Of a stretch of 64,000 nucleotides of DNA, positions 33,252 through 43,094 are shown in pieces (position 1 is the first letter of the stretch; each line of letters starts with the position of its first letter). The translations under genes and the position numbers were made by a program. The stretch is from positions 146,348 through 210,347 of the forward strand of contig JAIBBN010000004.1 in the NCBI GenBank assembly GCA_019694655.1, in the 5' to 3' direction. Source of the stretch: Leptospirales bacterium. GTDB taxonomy: Bacteria; Spirochaetota; Leptospiria; Leptospirales; Leptonemataceae. The notes under the pieces were generated by a model. It ran no database searches. It had not been told where the DNA came from and saw only the letters and a list, made by a program, of their open reading frames with translations.

Positions 33252-34466
33252 ATGGCCTTCCAGATGGTACAATTCAAGGCGAACTCCTACGCCATCATCG
33301 AAGGGAAAAAGGACGCCAACAAATTCTATATCATCATCCAGGGCAAGCTGCGCACGCAGAAGTCCGCTCCCGTTGTCGGCGAGGAGAGTTCGATTATCCT
33401 CGGGCCGGGCGACTTTTTTGGCGTAGAAAGCGCCATGTCCAACCACAGCCGCATTGAAACCGTGGTGGCCATGTCCGATTGCAATCTCATTGAAGTCGGT
33501 TCGGATCAATTTGGCCTGCTGATTCAAAAAAACGCCCCGGTGGCAATGAAGATCATTCGCAGCTTCTCGCAGAAGTTGCGCTCCTTCGATAATACTATTG
33601 CACGCATCTCTTTTCGAAACGTAGTGGAAGAAGATCCTTCGCACCTCTTCGACCTGGGCGAGTACTGGTTCAAAGAGCAGCGCTTCAACCATGCAGCGTA
33701 CGCATTCCAGCGCTATTTGCAATGGTGTCCCAAGGGCGAACACATCAGTGAAACGAAGATGCGTTTGCAGGGAATGAATAAGCCGCTGAAGGCCCCGCCC
33801 GTGGCAGAAGCCAGCATTAATCGTCATGTAAAATCAGAGGATATGATCTTCTGCGAAAACGAACCCGGCTATGAGCTCTACATCATTCAGGGCGGTCGCA
33901 TCAAGATCACCAAGATGGTGGATGGACAGGAAGTGATGCTGGCCGTCCTGCAGCCTGGCGATATCTTCGGCGAGATGGCGATCCTGGACAACAAGCCGCG
34001 CAGTGCGACTGCCAGTTGCGCGGAGGACGCAACGCTGCTGGCAATCAACAAGGCGAACTTCGAAGGCATGGTTAAGGCGCAGCCGCAGCTGGCGACCAAG
34101 CTGATCACGTTGTTATCAGAGCGGATCTGGACGGCTTACCGTCAGCTGGCTAACTTAATGATCAATGATCCAGCCGGCCGCCTCTACGATACGCTGTTAA
34201 CCCTTGCAGAGAAAAACCACGTAAGAATTGCGGCTAAAGCGGCGTACAATTTCGACATTGGCGGCAAAGACCTGCTGAAGATGGTGGGTCTCGATCCAAT
34301 CAAAGATGAGCGACTGTTGATGGAGCTGCTCAAGTCGCGCTGGCTAAAGCTTGATGCAGGCAAGCTGATCTGCATGGACCTGGGCGAGTTGGAAAAACAG
34401 GTTGCCTTCTACAAAAAGAAAGCCGCTATGGAGCGCAAGCGGGAGCAAACCGCGGCCGTCAAGTAG
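33252..34466 (+). CDS. protein with two cyclic-nucleotide-binding (cNMP/CAP-effector) domains
   Basis: 404 aa. cNMP phosphate-binding-cassette-like 'GDFFGVESAMSNHSRIETVVA' and 'GDIFGEMAILDNKPRSATASC'. The C-terminal ~80 aa could be a winged-helix domain (unverified). Confidence 0.85.
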   Translation: MAFQMVQFKANSYAIIEGKKDANKFYIIIQGKLRTQKSAPVVGEESSIILGPGDFFGVESAMSNHSRIETVVAMSDCNLIEVGSDQFGLLIQKNAPVAMKIIRSFSQKLRSFDNTIARISFRNVVEEDPSHLFDLGEYWFKEQRFNHAAYAFQRYLQWCPKGEHISETKMRLQGMNKPLKAPPVAEASINRHVKSEDMIFCENEPGYELYIIQGGRIKITKMVDGQEVMLAVLQPGDIFGEMAILDNKPRSATASCAEDATLLAINKANFEGMVKAQPQLATKLITLLSERIWTAYRQLANLMINDPAGRLYDTLLTLAEKNHVRIAAKAAYNFDIGGKDLLKMVGLDPIKDERLLMELLKSRWLKLDAGKLICMDLGELEKQVAFYKKKAAMERKREQTAAVK

Positions 34467-34512
34467 CGCACCGAGCGCCTGCTTTTTCCGTCGCTCGCTC
34501 CCCGGAGCCCAC

Positions 34513-36444
34513 ATGAGCGACACTGCCCGCAGCGCAGATTTGTTTTCCGAATTTACTGCTCTTAGCCGCGAACAATGGGAAGATCGCATTCGTAAGGATC
34601 TCAAGGGCGCCGACTTCGACAGGAAGATGATCTGGCAGAGCGAAGAGGGCTTCGCTGTGCGTCCCTTTTATACTCGCGCCGATCTTTTGGCAATGCCAGA
34701 GAGCTATCCAGGTATGCCTCCCTATTTGCGAGGTTACCGCGCTGGCGGCAACGCCTGGGAGCTTCGTCAGGATATCGTTGCCGAGAATGCCGGCCGCGCC
34801 AATGCTCTTGCGCTGGCGGCGCTGCAGCACGGCGCCGAAGCGGTAAGCTTCGTTGGCCGCACTCGATTCCTGAACGGAAGGCTTTCTGGCAGCGGCGCCC
34901 TGGCGGCCTCTGCGGCCGAACTTGGAGCGCTGCTGGACGGCATCTGGATCGATCGATGCGGCATTGAAATTGTCGCCGGCGAATTCTCGGCGCCGGCCTT
35001 TGATTGGTTGCTGGCCGAATTTGAGAAACGCAAGCTCTCCCCGCGCAATCCCGGACTGCGCCTGGCCTGCGATCCCGCTTCGGACCTGCTGACCAGCGGC
35101 GTTAGCGCACTGCCGTGGCCCCAGGCGCTGAAACAATGCGCCGACCTGATGCGTCGCTCTCATGAGTTGGGCCTTGGCTGGCGGACGCTGCGGTTGTCCA
35201 GCGACGCAGCCGGCGGCGCCGGCGCCAATCTCAGCCAGCAAACCGCCATTGTGCTTGCGGCGGGACACGAACTGTTGCTGGCGGCCTTGGACGGCGGACT
35301 CTCGGCGGAGCAATTTGCTGGCGCAGCCTACTTCCATCTTGGCGTGAGCTCCCAGTATTTCCCGGAAATTGCGCGCTTGCGCGCCTTGCGCGCACTCTGG
35401 AGCCGCATCGTTGGCGAGTACGCTGGCGAAAATGCCGCCGCCGGTCGACTATTTGTAAGCGCTGCATCAACTTTATCCAACAAGACAATCTATGATCGTC
35501 ACAACAATCTGCTGCGCAGCAATGTGGAAGCGATGGCAGCGCTGATTGGCGGTTGCGATAGCTTCAGCGCCATGCCATTTGATCTGGCACTGGGCAAGAG
35601 CGATGAATTCTCGCAGCGGCTGGCGATCAACACCCAACTTCTGTTGCGCCATGAGACGCACCTTGATAAGACCATCGATCCGGCCGCCGGCAGCTACTAT
35701 CTTGAGTCCCTGTCGGAAATGATCGCTGCTAACGCCTGGCTTCTTTTTCAGCAGATCGAAGCGCAGGGCGGTTTCTTCGCCGCCGCACAATCGGGTTGGA
35801 TAGCTGCAGAGTGCGCCAAATCAGCGGCGCAAACCGAAAAGGCCATTGCCACGCGACGGCGCTCGCTGATTGGCGTGAACCAGTATCCCAATCGAGAGGA
35901 GCAGGTTCTAGAACTCTTGCATCCGACCGCCGAACGTCTGCTGGACTCAGAAAATCGTTCCCTGGTCTGCGCGCCCTTGAAGGAATACCGACCGGGCGCA
36001 AGTTTCGAGGAGCTGCGTATGCAAACGGAACGCGCGGCCGCCTCCGGTCGCAGGGCGCCAGCCGTCTTCCCGCTGCTTTTTGGCGATCGAGCGCTGCGAA
36101 CGGCGCGGGCCAGCTTCTGCGCCAACTTCTTTGGCTGCGCCGGATTTACAGTACTCGATCAACCAGCGGCAGAATCGGCGGAGGCGGCCGCGGAAGCGGC
36201 TCGTCAGAGCGGCGCCGAAATCATTGTCCTCTGCGCCGGCGACGAGGATTATGCGGCGGAGGGCGTAGCCATCCTCCAGCTCTTGCTGCAAAAAGTCCCG
36301 GCCGCCTTGCGGGTAATTGCCGGAAATCCAGAGTCGGCAATAGAAGCGCTGAAGGCGGCAGGCGCTCAGCGCTTCGTTCACCTGCGAACGCCGCTGCTTT
36401 CTGAATTGAGCGAGTACCAGAGGATCCTGGGCATCAGCGCCTGA
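34513..36444 (+). CDS. mutA: methylmalonyl-CoA mutase small (beta) subunit
   Basis: An internal ATG gives '[58 protein letters not shown]', a typical MCM N-terminus. It sits immediately upstream of mutB. The C-terminal Rossmann-like domain lacks DxHxxG. Confidence 0.85.
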   Translation: MSDTARSADLFSEFTALSREQWEDRIRKDLKGADFDRKMIWQSEEGFAVRPFYTRADLLAMPESYPGMPPYLRGYRAGGNAWELRQDIVAENAGRANALALAALQHGAEAVSFVGRTRFLNGRLSGSGALAASAAELGALLDGIWIDRCGIEIVAGEFSAPAFDWLLAEFEKRKLSPRNPGLRLACDPASDLLTSGVSALPWPQALKQCADLMRRSHELGLGWRTLRLSSDAAGGAGANLSQQTAIVLAAGHELLLAALDGGLSAEQFAGAAYFHLGVSSQYFPEIARLRALRALWSRIVGEYAGENAAAGRLFVSAASTLSNKTIYDRHNNLLRSNVEAMAALIGGCDSFSAMPFDLALGKSDEFSQRLAINTQLLLRHETHLDKTIDPAAGSYYLESLSEMIAANAWLLFQQIEAQGGFFAAAQSGWIAAECAKSAAQTEKAIATRRRSLIGVNQYPNREEQVLELLHPTAERLLDSENRSLVCAPLKEYRPGASFEELRMQTERAAASGRRAPAVFPLLFGDRALRTARASFCANFFGCAGFTVLDQPAAESAEAAAEAARQSGAEIIVLCAGDEDYAAEGVAILQLLLQKVPAALRVIAGNPESAIEALKAAGAQRFVHLRTPLLSELSEYQRILGISA

Positions 36445-36479
36445 TTCTGCCAATACCGGAGACCCCACGGAGCATTGCA

Positions 36480-38684
36480 ATGGTGCGCAAAGATTTCAGC
36501 AAGATTCCATACCTTCCCGTGCATCAAAAGGCAAGCGAAGACGTCGCTGCCTGGAAGGCGGCGCTGTTACGTGAAGCGGGCGCCAGCAGCGAGCAGGAAT
36601 TGCTCTGGCGTACGGCGGAGCAAATTGACGTAAAGCCGGCTTATACGGCCGAGGAATTGGCGGGCCTCAGCCATCTTGAATTTGGCGCAGGAGCGCCGCC
36701 CTTTCTACGCGGCCCCTATGCGCCAATGTATGTCACGCGCCCCTGGACCGTACGCCAGTACGCCGGATTTTCTACGGCGGAAGAGTCGAATGCTTTTTAT
36801 CGCCGCAACCTGGCTGCCGGACAGACCGGTCTATCCGTTGCATTCGATCTGGCCACGCATCGCGGCTATGATTCGGACCACGAGCGAGTTGTAGGCGATG
36901 TGGGCAAGGCCGGCGTAGCGATCGATAGCATTGTCGACATGCAAACGCTTTTCGATCGCATCCCGTTGGATGCGGTCTCCGTTTCGATGACCATGAATGG
37001 CGCAGTCATTCCGGTGATGGCCTTCTTTATTGTCGCCGGTCTGGAGCAGGGCGTGCCGCTGGCGAAGCTCTCCGGCACCATCCAGAATGATATTCTCAAA
37101 GAGTTTATGGTGCGCAATACCTACATCTATCCGCCAGAGCCATCGATGCGCATCATTGCCGATATCTTTGCCTATACCGCGAAGAATATGCCAAAATTCA
37201 ATTCGATCAGTATTTCCGGCTACCACATGCAGGAAGCCGGCGCCACCAATGATCTGGAGCTGGCCTATACTCTGGCCGATGGCCTGGAATATCTGCGCAC
37301 CGGTATTCAGCGGGCTGGCTTGAAAATTGACGACTTTGCCCCGCGGCTTTCCTTCTTTTGGGCGATTGGCATGAACCACTTCATGGAGATTGCCAAGATG
37401 CGCGCCGGACGTATGCTCTGGTCGCGCATTGTGAATCAGTTCGCACCGGCCAACGCCAAATCGATGGCTCTCCGCACGCATTGCCAGACTTCCGGCTGGA
37501 GTCTGACCGAACAGGACCCCTTTAACAATGTGCAGCGTACCTGCGTCGAGGCTCTGGCTGCGGCCCTGGGACATACCCAATCGCTGCATACCAATGCCCT
37601 CGATGAAGCGATTGCACTGCCGACGGACTTCTCAGCGCGCATTGCCCGCAACACGCAGACCTTGCTCCAGGAGGAAACCGACATCTGTCGCGTCATTGAC
37701 CCCTGGGGAGGTTCATACTACGTAGAATCTTTGACGGCGCAGCTGGCCGAAAGGGCCTGGCGACTGATTGATGAGGTTGAACAGCTGGGCGGGATGGCGA
37801 AGGCTATTGAGCAGGGCTTGCCAAAAATGCGCATTGAAGAAGCAGCGGCGCGCAAGCAGGCGCGCATCGACTCCGGCCGCGAAGTGATTGTCGGGGTGAA
37901 TCGCTACCGTCCCAGAGAAGAAGCTCCGCTGAAAATCCTGGAGGTCGACAATACGGCTGTGCGTCGTTCGCAGATTGAACGACTCCAGAAACTGAAGGCG
38001 GAGCGCGACGCCAGCGCCGTGGAGTCGGCGCTGAATGCCATCACCCGGGCGGCCGAAGGCGGCCAGGGGAACCTGCTGGAACTGGCCGTCGAAGCGGCCC
38101 GCAAACGAGCTACTCTGGGCGAGATTTCCTACGCCATGGAAAAGGTTTACGGGCGCTACCAGGCTGTGATCCGCTCCATATCAGGCGTGTATTCCTCGGA
38201 GATTGCAGGCGATGCGGACTTTCAGAAGTCGCAGAAGCTGGCCAACGATTTTGCGGCGTTGGAGGGGCGGCGTCCGCGCATTATGATCGCCAAGATGGGT
38301 CAGGACGGTCACGATCGCGGCGCCAAGGTTATCGCTACCAGTTTTGCCGACATGGGTTTTGATGTTGATATCGGTCCGCTGTTTCAGACGCCCGAAGAGG
38401 CCGCCCGGCAGGCAATTGAAAACGATGTACATGTAGTCGGCGCCTCCTCGCTGGCCGCGGGTCACAAGACTCTGGTTCCACAATTGATCGCCGAACTAAA
38501 GCGACTTGGGCGGCCCGATATTCTGGTCACCTGCGGCGGCGTGATCCCGCAGCAGGACTACGAGTTTCTTTTTCAGGCTGGCGTGGCCGGCGTCTTTGGT
38601 CCGGGCACTGTTATTACCAGAGCAGCCATCCAGATCCTGGAGCTTTTGATCCGGCAGGCCCAGAAGGCAGGCAGCGCCAGTTGA
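36480..38684 (+). CDS. mutB: methylmalonyl-CoA mutase large (alpha) subunit
   Basis: 734 aa. '[47 protein letters not shown]' is present, as is the B12-binding motif '[13 protein letters not shown]' (DxHxxG). Confidence 0.97.
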   Translation: MVRKDFSKIPYLPVHQKASEDVAAWKAALLREAGASSEQELLWRTAEQIDVKPAYTAEELAGLSHLEFGAGAPPFLRGPYAPMYVTRPWTVRQYAGFSTAEESNAFYRRNLAAGQTGLSVAFDLATHRGYDSDHERVVGDVGKAGVAIDSIVDMQTLFDRIPLDAVSVSMTMNGAVIPVMAFFIVAGLEQGVPLAKLSGTIQNDILKEFMVRNTYIYPPEPSMRIIADIFAYTAKNMPKFNSISISGYHMQEAGATNDLELAYTLADGLEYLRTGIQRAGLKIDDFAPRLSFFWAIGMNHFMEIAKMRAGRMLWSRIVNQFAPANAKSMALRTHCQTSGWSLTEQDPFNNVQRTCVEALAAALGHTQSLHTNALDEAIALPTDFSARIARNTQTLLQEETDICRVIDPWGGSYYVESLTAQLAERAWRLIDEVEQLGGMAKAIEQGLPKMRIEEAAARKQARIDSGREVIVGVNRYRPREEAPLKILEVDNTAVRRSQIERLQKLKAERDASAVESALNAITRAAEGGQGNLLELAVEAARKRATLGEISYAMEKVYGRYQAVIRSISGVYSSEIAGDADFQKSQKLANDFAALEGRRPRIMIAKMGQDGHDRGAKVIATSFADMGFDVDIGPLFQTPEEAARQAIENDVHVVGASSLAAGHKTLVPQLIAELKRLGRPDILVTCGGVIPQQDYEFLFQAGVAGVFGPGTVITRAAIQILELLIRQAQKAGSAS

Positions 38685-38696
38685 GGCTCGCCCGCC

Positions 38697-39746
38697 ATGG
38701 CCACCTTTGATCCTGCTTTTTCGCCGGCATCGCGGCCCAGGCGCACTTGCACTGAGTTTGTCGAGGGAATTCTGGCTGGCGACCGAACCATTCTGGGCCA
38801 GAGCATTACGCTTCTGGAAAGTGCGCGCAGCGATCATCAGGAACTGGGCCAGCAGATAATTGAGGCAATTCTGCCGCACAGCGGAAAGAGCTTTCGCCTG
38901 GGCGTCACTGGAGTCCCCGGCGTTGGTAAGAGCACCTTCATCGAGGCTTTTGGAAAACTGCTGCTGCAACAGGCGCCGCTGAGCGGCGGCCGCGGCCGTC
39001 TTGCTGTGCTGGCGATTGATCCATCCAGTGCGCGCAGCGGCGGCAGCATCCTTGGCGACAAGACGCGGATGGTGGAGCTCTCGCGCGATGAGCGTGTCTT
39101 CATCCGTCCCTCGCCGGCGGCGGACAGCCTGGGCGGCGTGGCGCGGCGGACGCGCGAGTGCATCATGCTTTGCGAGGCGGCGGGCTATGACACGATCCTG
39201 GTAGAGACGGTAGGCGTGGGGCAAAGCGAAACAGCCGTGCATTCTATGACCGACTTCTTTCTGCTTCTAATGCTGTCCGGCGCCGGCGATGAGTTACAGG
39301 GTATCAAGCGCGGTATCATGGAGATGGCCGACGCCATTGCCATCACCAAAGCTGACGGCGACAATGTTCTGCGGGCCCGTGCGGCAGCGGCGGAGTATCG
39401 CGCCGCAGTGCATTTGTTTCCAAGGCATCCATCGGAACAGCGTATCGAAACGCTAACCTGCTCCGCGCAGAGCGGCGAAGGGCTGAACGAACTGGCGGCT
39501 CTGTTGCGACGGTATCGCGAATCGGCCATCGCCAGCGGCTATTTCCTGCGACGCCGCAGCGAGCAGACGCGCTACTGGTTTCAAGAAAGCGTGATGACGG
39601 AACTCAAATCAGCGCTGCTTCAAAAACCGCTGGCGGCTGGCGCCGTCGCGGAGATGGAGGAAGCGGCCCTTGCCGGTCGACTGAGTCCCTTTCGCGCCGC
39701 GCAGCAGGCCGTCGCAAGGGCGCTCAGCCTGGCGCCGCATGCATGA
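38697..39746 (+). CDS. meaB: methylmalonyl-CoA mutase-associated GTPase MeaB (ArgK)
   Basis: P-loop 'GVPGVGKST', 'ETVGVGQSE' and 'ITKADG' (NKxD-type) are present. It lies directly downstream of mutB. Confidence 0.93.
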   Translation: MATFDPAFSPASRPRRTCTEFVEGILAGDRTILGQSITLLESARSDHQELGQQIIEAILPHSGKSFRLGVTGVPGVGKSTFIEAFGKLLLQQAPLSGGRGRLAVLAIDPSSARSGGSILGDKTRMVELSRDERVFIRPSPAADSLGGVARRTRECIMLCEAAGYDTILVETVGVGQSETAVHSMTDFFLLLMLSGAGDELQGIKRGIMEMADAIAITKADGDNVLRARAAAAEYRAAVHLFPRHPSEQRIETLTCSAQSGEGLNELAALLRRYRESAIASGYFLRRRSEQTRYWFQESVMTELKSALLQKPLAAGAVAEMEEAALAGRLSPFRAAQQAVARALSLAPHA

Positions 39747-39752
39747 TTGCGT

Positions 39753-40319
39753 TCAGTCGGCGATGGCGCTGAATGCGCCGCGCAATTGCCCCATCGAATA
39801 ACCGGTAGCCTGGTCATCGGGATAGCTGGCCTGAATGACTCTTCTTGTCGCAAGGTCGATATCAGCCGGGCCGCCGTGGCAGCGCAGACAGAGGGCATTG
39901 CCAATCACAATCGGACTCATGATGCGCAAGCCTTCCGGCCGGCGCTGGTAGTGCAGGCGAGGCGCGCGGCCGGCAGCCAGATCGGCGCGCCAGCTATCCA
40001 GAATGGCGCGCTCATAGTCATCGGCCAGATGGGCGGGATTGCGCGGTCGATCGCTGATACGGCGCATAGCTATTCCACTCTCGTGCGATAGCCGTTGCTC
40101 GAGCTGTGGGGAGATGGAGGCGCAGACTCGAATCGCCGATTGCGGACCTCCCTGAGCGATGGCCTGCGCCAGTTGTTGTTGCAAATTGGTTTGCAATCTG
40201 GCAAAGAGTTCGGCGCTGCGCGCCGCTTGCGCCGCGTCGTCTGATGCACAGGAACTTGATGTGGCAGCAGCGCTCAAACAAGTCGCAAGGACGATGGGGA
40301 GCAGGGTTTTGCGGCTCAT
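39753..40319 (-). CDS. secreted c-type-heme protein, DUF3365 (Tll0287-like) domain
   Basis: Signal or lipobox-like 'LPIVLATCLSAAATSSSC'. CxxCH motif 'CLRCHG'. The overall size and 'IRVCASISPQ...ISDRPRNP' resemble DUF3365 sensor-like domains (from memory). Confidence 0.65.
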   Translation of the reverse strand: MSRKTLLPIVLATCLSAAATSSSCASDDAAQAARSAELFARLQTNLQQQLAQAIAQGGPQSAIRVCASISPQLEQRLSHESGIAMRRISDRPRNPAHLADDYERAILDSWRADLAAGRAPRLHYQRRPEGLRIMSPIVIGNALCLRCHGGPADIDLATRRVIQASYPDDQATGYSMGQLRGAFSAIAD

Positions 40320-40381
40320 CCGCCCAGAAGGCTAAGGGCAAGCGACATTGTCCAGAAAATCGCTGAAATCATCTTCGTCGC

Positions 40382-41020
40382 TCAATCCAATCGAGAGCTC
40401 TCCTTTTCCGCCGCCGCAATCCATTCCTGCAGGGCCGGCAGCTGCAGAATAGCCCGCGCATAGTTTGCCGGCTCATGATCCAGTTCGATTTCATAGGTCT
40501 GCAATCGACAGATTACCGGTGCGTACATTGCATCAGCAATGGAAAAAGCGCCAAACAGGAATGGGCCGCCCTTGCCAAAGCGCGCGCGGCAATCGCCCCA
40601 GAGTTCCAGGATACGGGCGATGTCAGCGGATACTTCCGGCGTAGGCGCCCGACGCAGGCGGGCGCGAATGTTCATAGGGAAGTGGGTGCGCAATGCTTGA
40701 AAGCCGGCATGCATCTCATTGGCAACGCTGCGCGCTACAGCGCGCGCCGAACGATCGCCCGGCCACATCGCTTTTTCTGGAAACAATTCCGCCAGGTACT
40801 CGCAAATTGCCAGGCTTTCCCAAATGCCCAGATCGCCATGCTTCAGCGCTGGTACGCGAGCGGTCGGCGAGTGGCGGAGCAACTGCTCTCTGGTTTGCGG
40901 CTGACGCAGCGGAATCAAGATTTCATCAAAGGGGATCTGAAAATAGCGCAACAGCAGCCAGGGTCGCAGCGACCAGGAGGAATAGTTCTTATCGCCAATG
41001 ACCAGTGTCAGAGCTTCCAT
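40382..41020 (-). CDS. glutathione S-transferase (YfcF-like)
   Basis: An internal ATG gives 'MEALTLVIGDKNYSSWSLRPWLLLRYFQIPFDEILIPL...VPALKHGDLGIWESLAICEYL', a thioredoxin-like GST N-domain. Confidence 0.85.
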   Translation of the reverse strand: MEALTLVIGDKNYSSWSLRPWLLLRYFQIPFDEILIPLRQPQTREQLLRHSPTARVPALKHGDLGIWESLAICEYLAELFPEKAMWPGDRSARAVARSVANEMHAGFQALRTHFPMNIRARLRRAPTPEVSADIARILELWGDCRARFGKGGPFLFGAFSIADAMYAPVICRLQTYEIELDHEPANYARAILQLPALQEWIAAAEKESSRLD

Positions 41021-41179
41021 AGACCAGAGCTGCTGTGCTGGTCGCGGCCGGCAAGCCCCTTGGCGCAGCCTGGCCAAAGACAGGGCGCCTCTGCAGGCAG
41101 CCGACAAGCGGATTGACGGCCCGCATTGCCGGTCGGCATCGTCCGGTGGCAGGAAGCAGTCGCCTGCGGAGTCGAATGG

Positions 41180-41890
41180 ATGAAAGATGCCAGCGCCAAT
41201 GCAGAGGGAAAGCGTGCAGCGGGTCTCGCCGCCGCCGCCCTGGTCGAAAATGGACAGTGGGTCGGTCTCGGCACCGGTTCCACGGCGGCCTTTGCCATTT
41301 CTGAATTGGGCCGGCGTGTGCAGGAGGAAGGGCTGCAGATCCAGTGCGTGGCCACGTCGCTACAATCGCGCAACCTTGCGCTGGAATCAGGCCTGCGGGT
41401 GATGCCGCTGGATCGCGTGGCGCGCATCGATTTGAGCATCGACGGCGCTGACGAAATTGATCCGCAATTGAATTTGATCAAAGGCGGCGGCGCAGCGCAT
41501 ACGATAGAAAAACTTGTCCATAGCATGGCGGATCGCTTTATAGTAGTCGCTGATCCCAGCAAGCTGTCGCCGCGGCTTGGCGATCGCTTTGCAGTGCCAG
41601 TGGAAGCGCTGCCTTCCGCCTGCGCTTTTGTGATACGTCGCCTGGAGCAATTGGGCGCAGCGGAAATCAAGCTACGCCATGGCAGCGGCAAAGACGGACC
41701 GGTGATCACCGACAACGGCAATCTGGTGCTGGACGCGCGCTTTCAGATCGAGGACCCCTTGCAACTGGAACGATCGATCAAATCCATTCCAGGAGTGGTA
41801 GAAAGCGGCATCTTCGCCGCCCGCAAGCCGCGCTCCGGCGACTGTTTGATTGGCGAAGAAGGCGGAGTGCGCCAACTACAATCCGTCTGA
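41180..41890 (+). CDS. rpiA: ribose-5-phosphate isomerase A
   Basis: 'VGLGTGSTAAFAI', 'SIDGADEID' and 'KGGGAAHTIEK' motifs are present. The internal ATG aligns with the RpiA N-terminus. Confidence 0.9.
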   Translation: MKDASANAEGKRAAGLAAAALVENGQWVGLGTGSTAAFAISELGRRVQEEGLQIQCVATSLQSRNLALESGLRVMPLDRVARIDLSIDGADEIDPQLNLIKGGGAAHTIEKLVHSMADRFIVVADPSKLSPRLGDRFAVPVEALPSACAFVIRRLEQLGAAEIKLRHGSGKDGPVITDNGNLVLDARFQIEDPLQLERSIKSIPGVVESGIFAARKPRSGDCLIGEEGGVRQLQSV

Positions 41891-41900
41891 CGCGGCAACT

Positions 41901-43094
41901 ATGTACTCCATCGATAGTATCAAGCGCATCTATATCGATAGCAGCCTGCAGGGCGGAATGCTTCTGGAACAAATGCTGCCGCGTTTGCCGGAAGGAATTG
42001 CCGTGGAGTACACCGACGAACCGCGAGCCATTCTGGATCGCTTCCTACATCAAGGTCGCCGCATTGAAAAAGAGGAGCTACTGCTCTATCGCTTTCCGGG
42101 TCGCTTTATTTCCAGCTGCCCTGGTTCGGACGGCATGGTATGTTGCGCCTATCATGTGATCAACTTTGGCATTGGCTGTCTGTACGATTGTCATTACTGC
42201 TATCTTCAAAGCTTCATGAACAACCCTTTGATGACGCTGTTTGGAAACATCGAGGATCTGTTTGCGGAGATTGATGAACGCACGCGCGGTAAGAACTTTC
42301 ATTTTCGCATCGGCACCGGCGAGTACACCGACTCGCTGGCCCTTGAACCGCTCACCGGCCTCTCCTCGCTGTTGGTACGCTACTTTGCCGACCACCCCAA
42401 CGCCAGCCTGGAATTAAAAACTAAATCGGCTAACGTTGAGGGTCTGCTGGAGCTGGAGCACCGCGGTAATACCGTCGTCAGCTGGTCGTTGAATCCCCAG
42501 GATTGGATCGATCAGATCGAGCCCGGTACGGCCAGCCTGGAACAGCGTCTGGCCGCCGCCGAAAAGGTGCAGAGCGCCGGCTATCGGCTGGCCTTTCACC
42601 TGGATCCGCTGGTCTATTTCCCGGACTGGGAGCGCCAGTACCATCGCCTGCTGGAGCAACTTTTTGATCGGATTCGGCCCGACCGCATCGCCTGGATTTC
42701 AACCGGCAGTTTCCGTTACACCAGGGAGTTGAAAGAGGTCATTCAGGCCCGATTTCCTGAGGATCGACTGACGCGCGAAGGGGAAATGGTTCAAGCGGCC
42801 GATGGCAAGAGCCGTTACTTTAAGACGATACGGCAAGAGATGTTTTCCTCCATAAAGAGGAAGATTGAGGCCGCTGACCCGCGCCTGTTTCTGTACCTCT
42901 GTATGGAGACGCGTCGCATGTGGCAGGATGTATTTGGTAGTGTTCCAGGCTCCGGCAAGAACCTTGATGCGCTCTTTGAAGGGCGGCGTCAGTACATGGA
43001 GACGCAGGCTGGCCGCGCGCCGGCTGGCGCAATGGACCATAGCAGCGATGCTGCTGCTGGCTCAGTGGCTGCCGGCTCAGCCAGCGGCGCATAA
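41901..43094 (+). CDS. splB: spore-photoproduct-lyase-like radical SAM DNA repair enzyme
   Basis: Radical SAM cluster motif 'CLYDCHYCYLQ', preceded by 'CPGSDGMVCC'. 'RIGTGEYTDSLALE' is typical of the SPL family. The low-complexity C-terminal tail overlaps the next gene. Confidence 0.85.
   Translation: MYSIDSIKRIYIDSSLQGGMLLEQMLPRLPEGIAVEYTDEPRAILDRFLHQGRRIEKEELLLYRFPGRFISSCPGSDGMVCCAYHVINFGIGCLYDCHYCYLQSFMNNPLMTLFGNIEDLFAEIDERTRGKNFHFRIGTGEYTDSLALEPLTGLSSLLVRYFADHPNASLELKTKSANVEGLLELEHRGNTVVSWSLNPQDWIDQIEPGTASLEQRLAAAEKVQSAGYRLAFHLDPLVYFPDWERQYHRLLEQLFDRIRPDRIAWISTGSFRYTRELKEVIQARFPEDRLTREGEMVQAADGKSRYFKTIRQEMFSSIKRKIEAADPRLFLYLCMETRRMWQDVFGSVPGSGKNLDALFEGRRQYMETQAGRAPAGAMDHSSDAAAGSVAAGSASGA

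Noticed and set aside
34467-34512. A cobalamin riboswitch ahead of the B12-dependent mutase operon
   Set aside because: The gap to the upstream gene is only 46 nt, far too short for a B12 riboswitch. Such riboswitches normally control B12 uptake or synthesis genes, not mutases.
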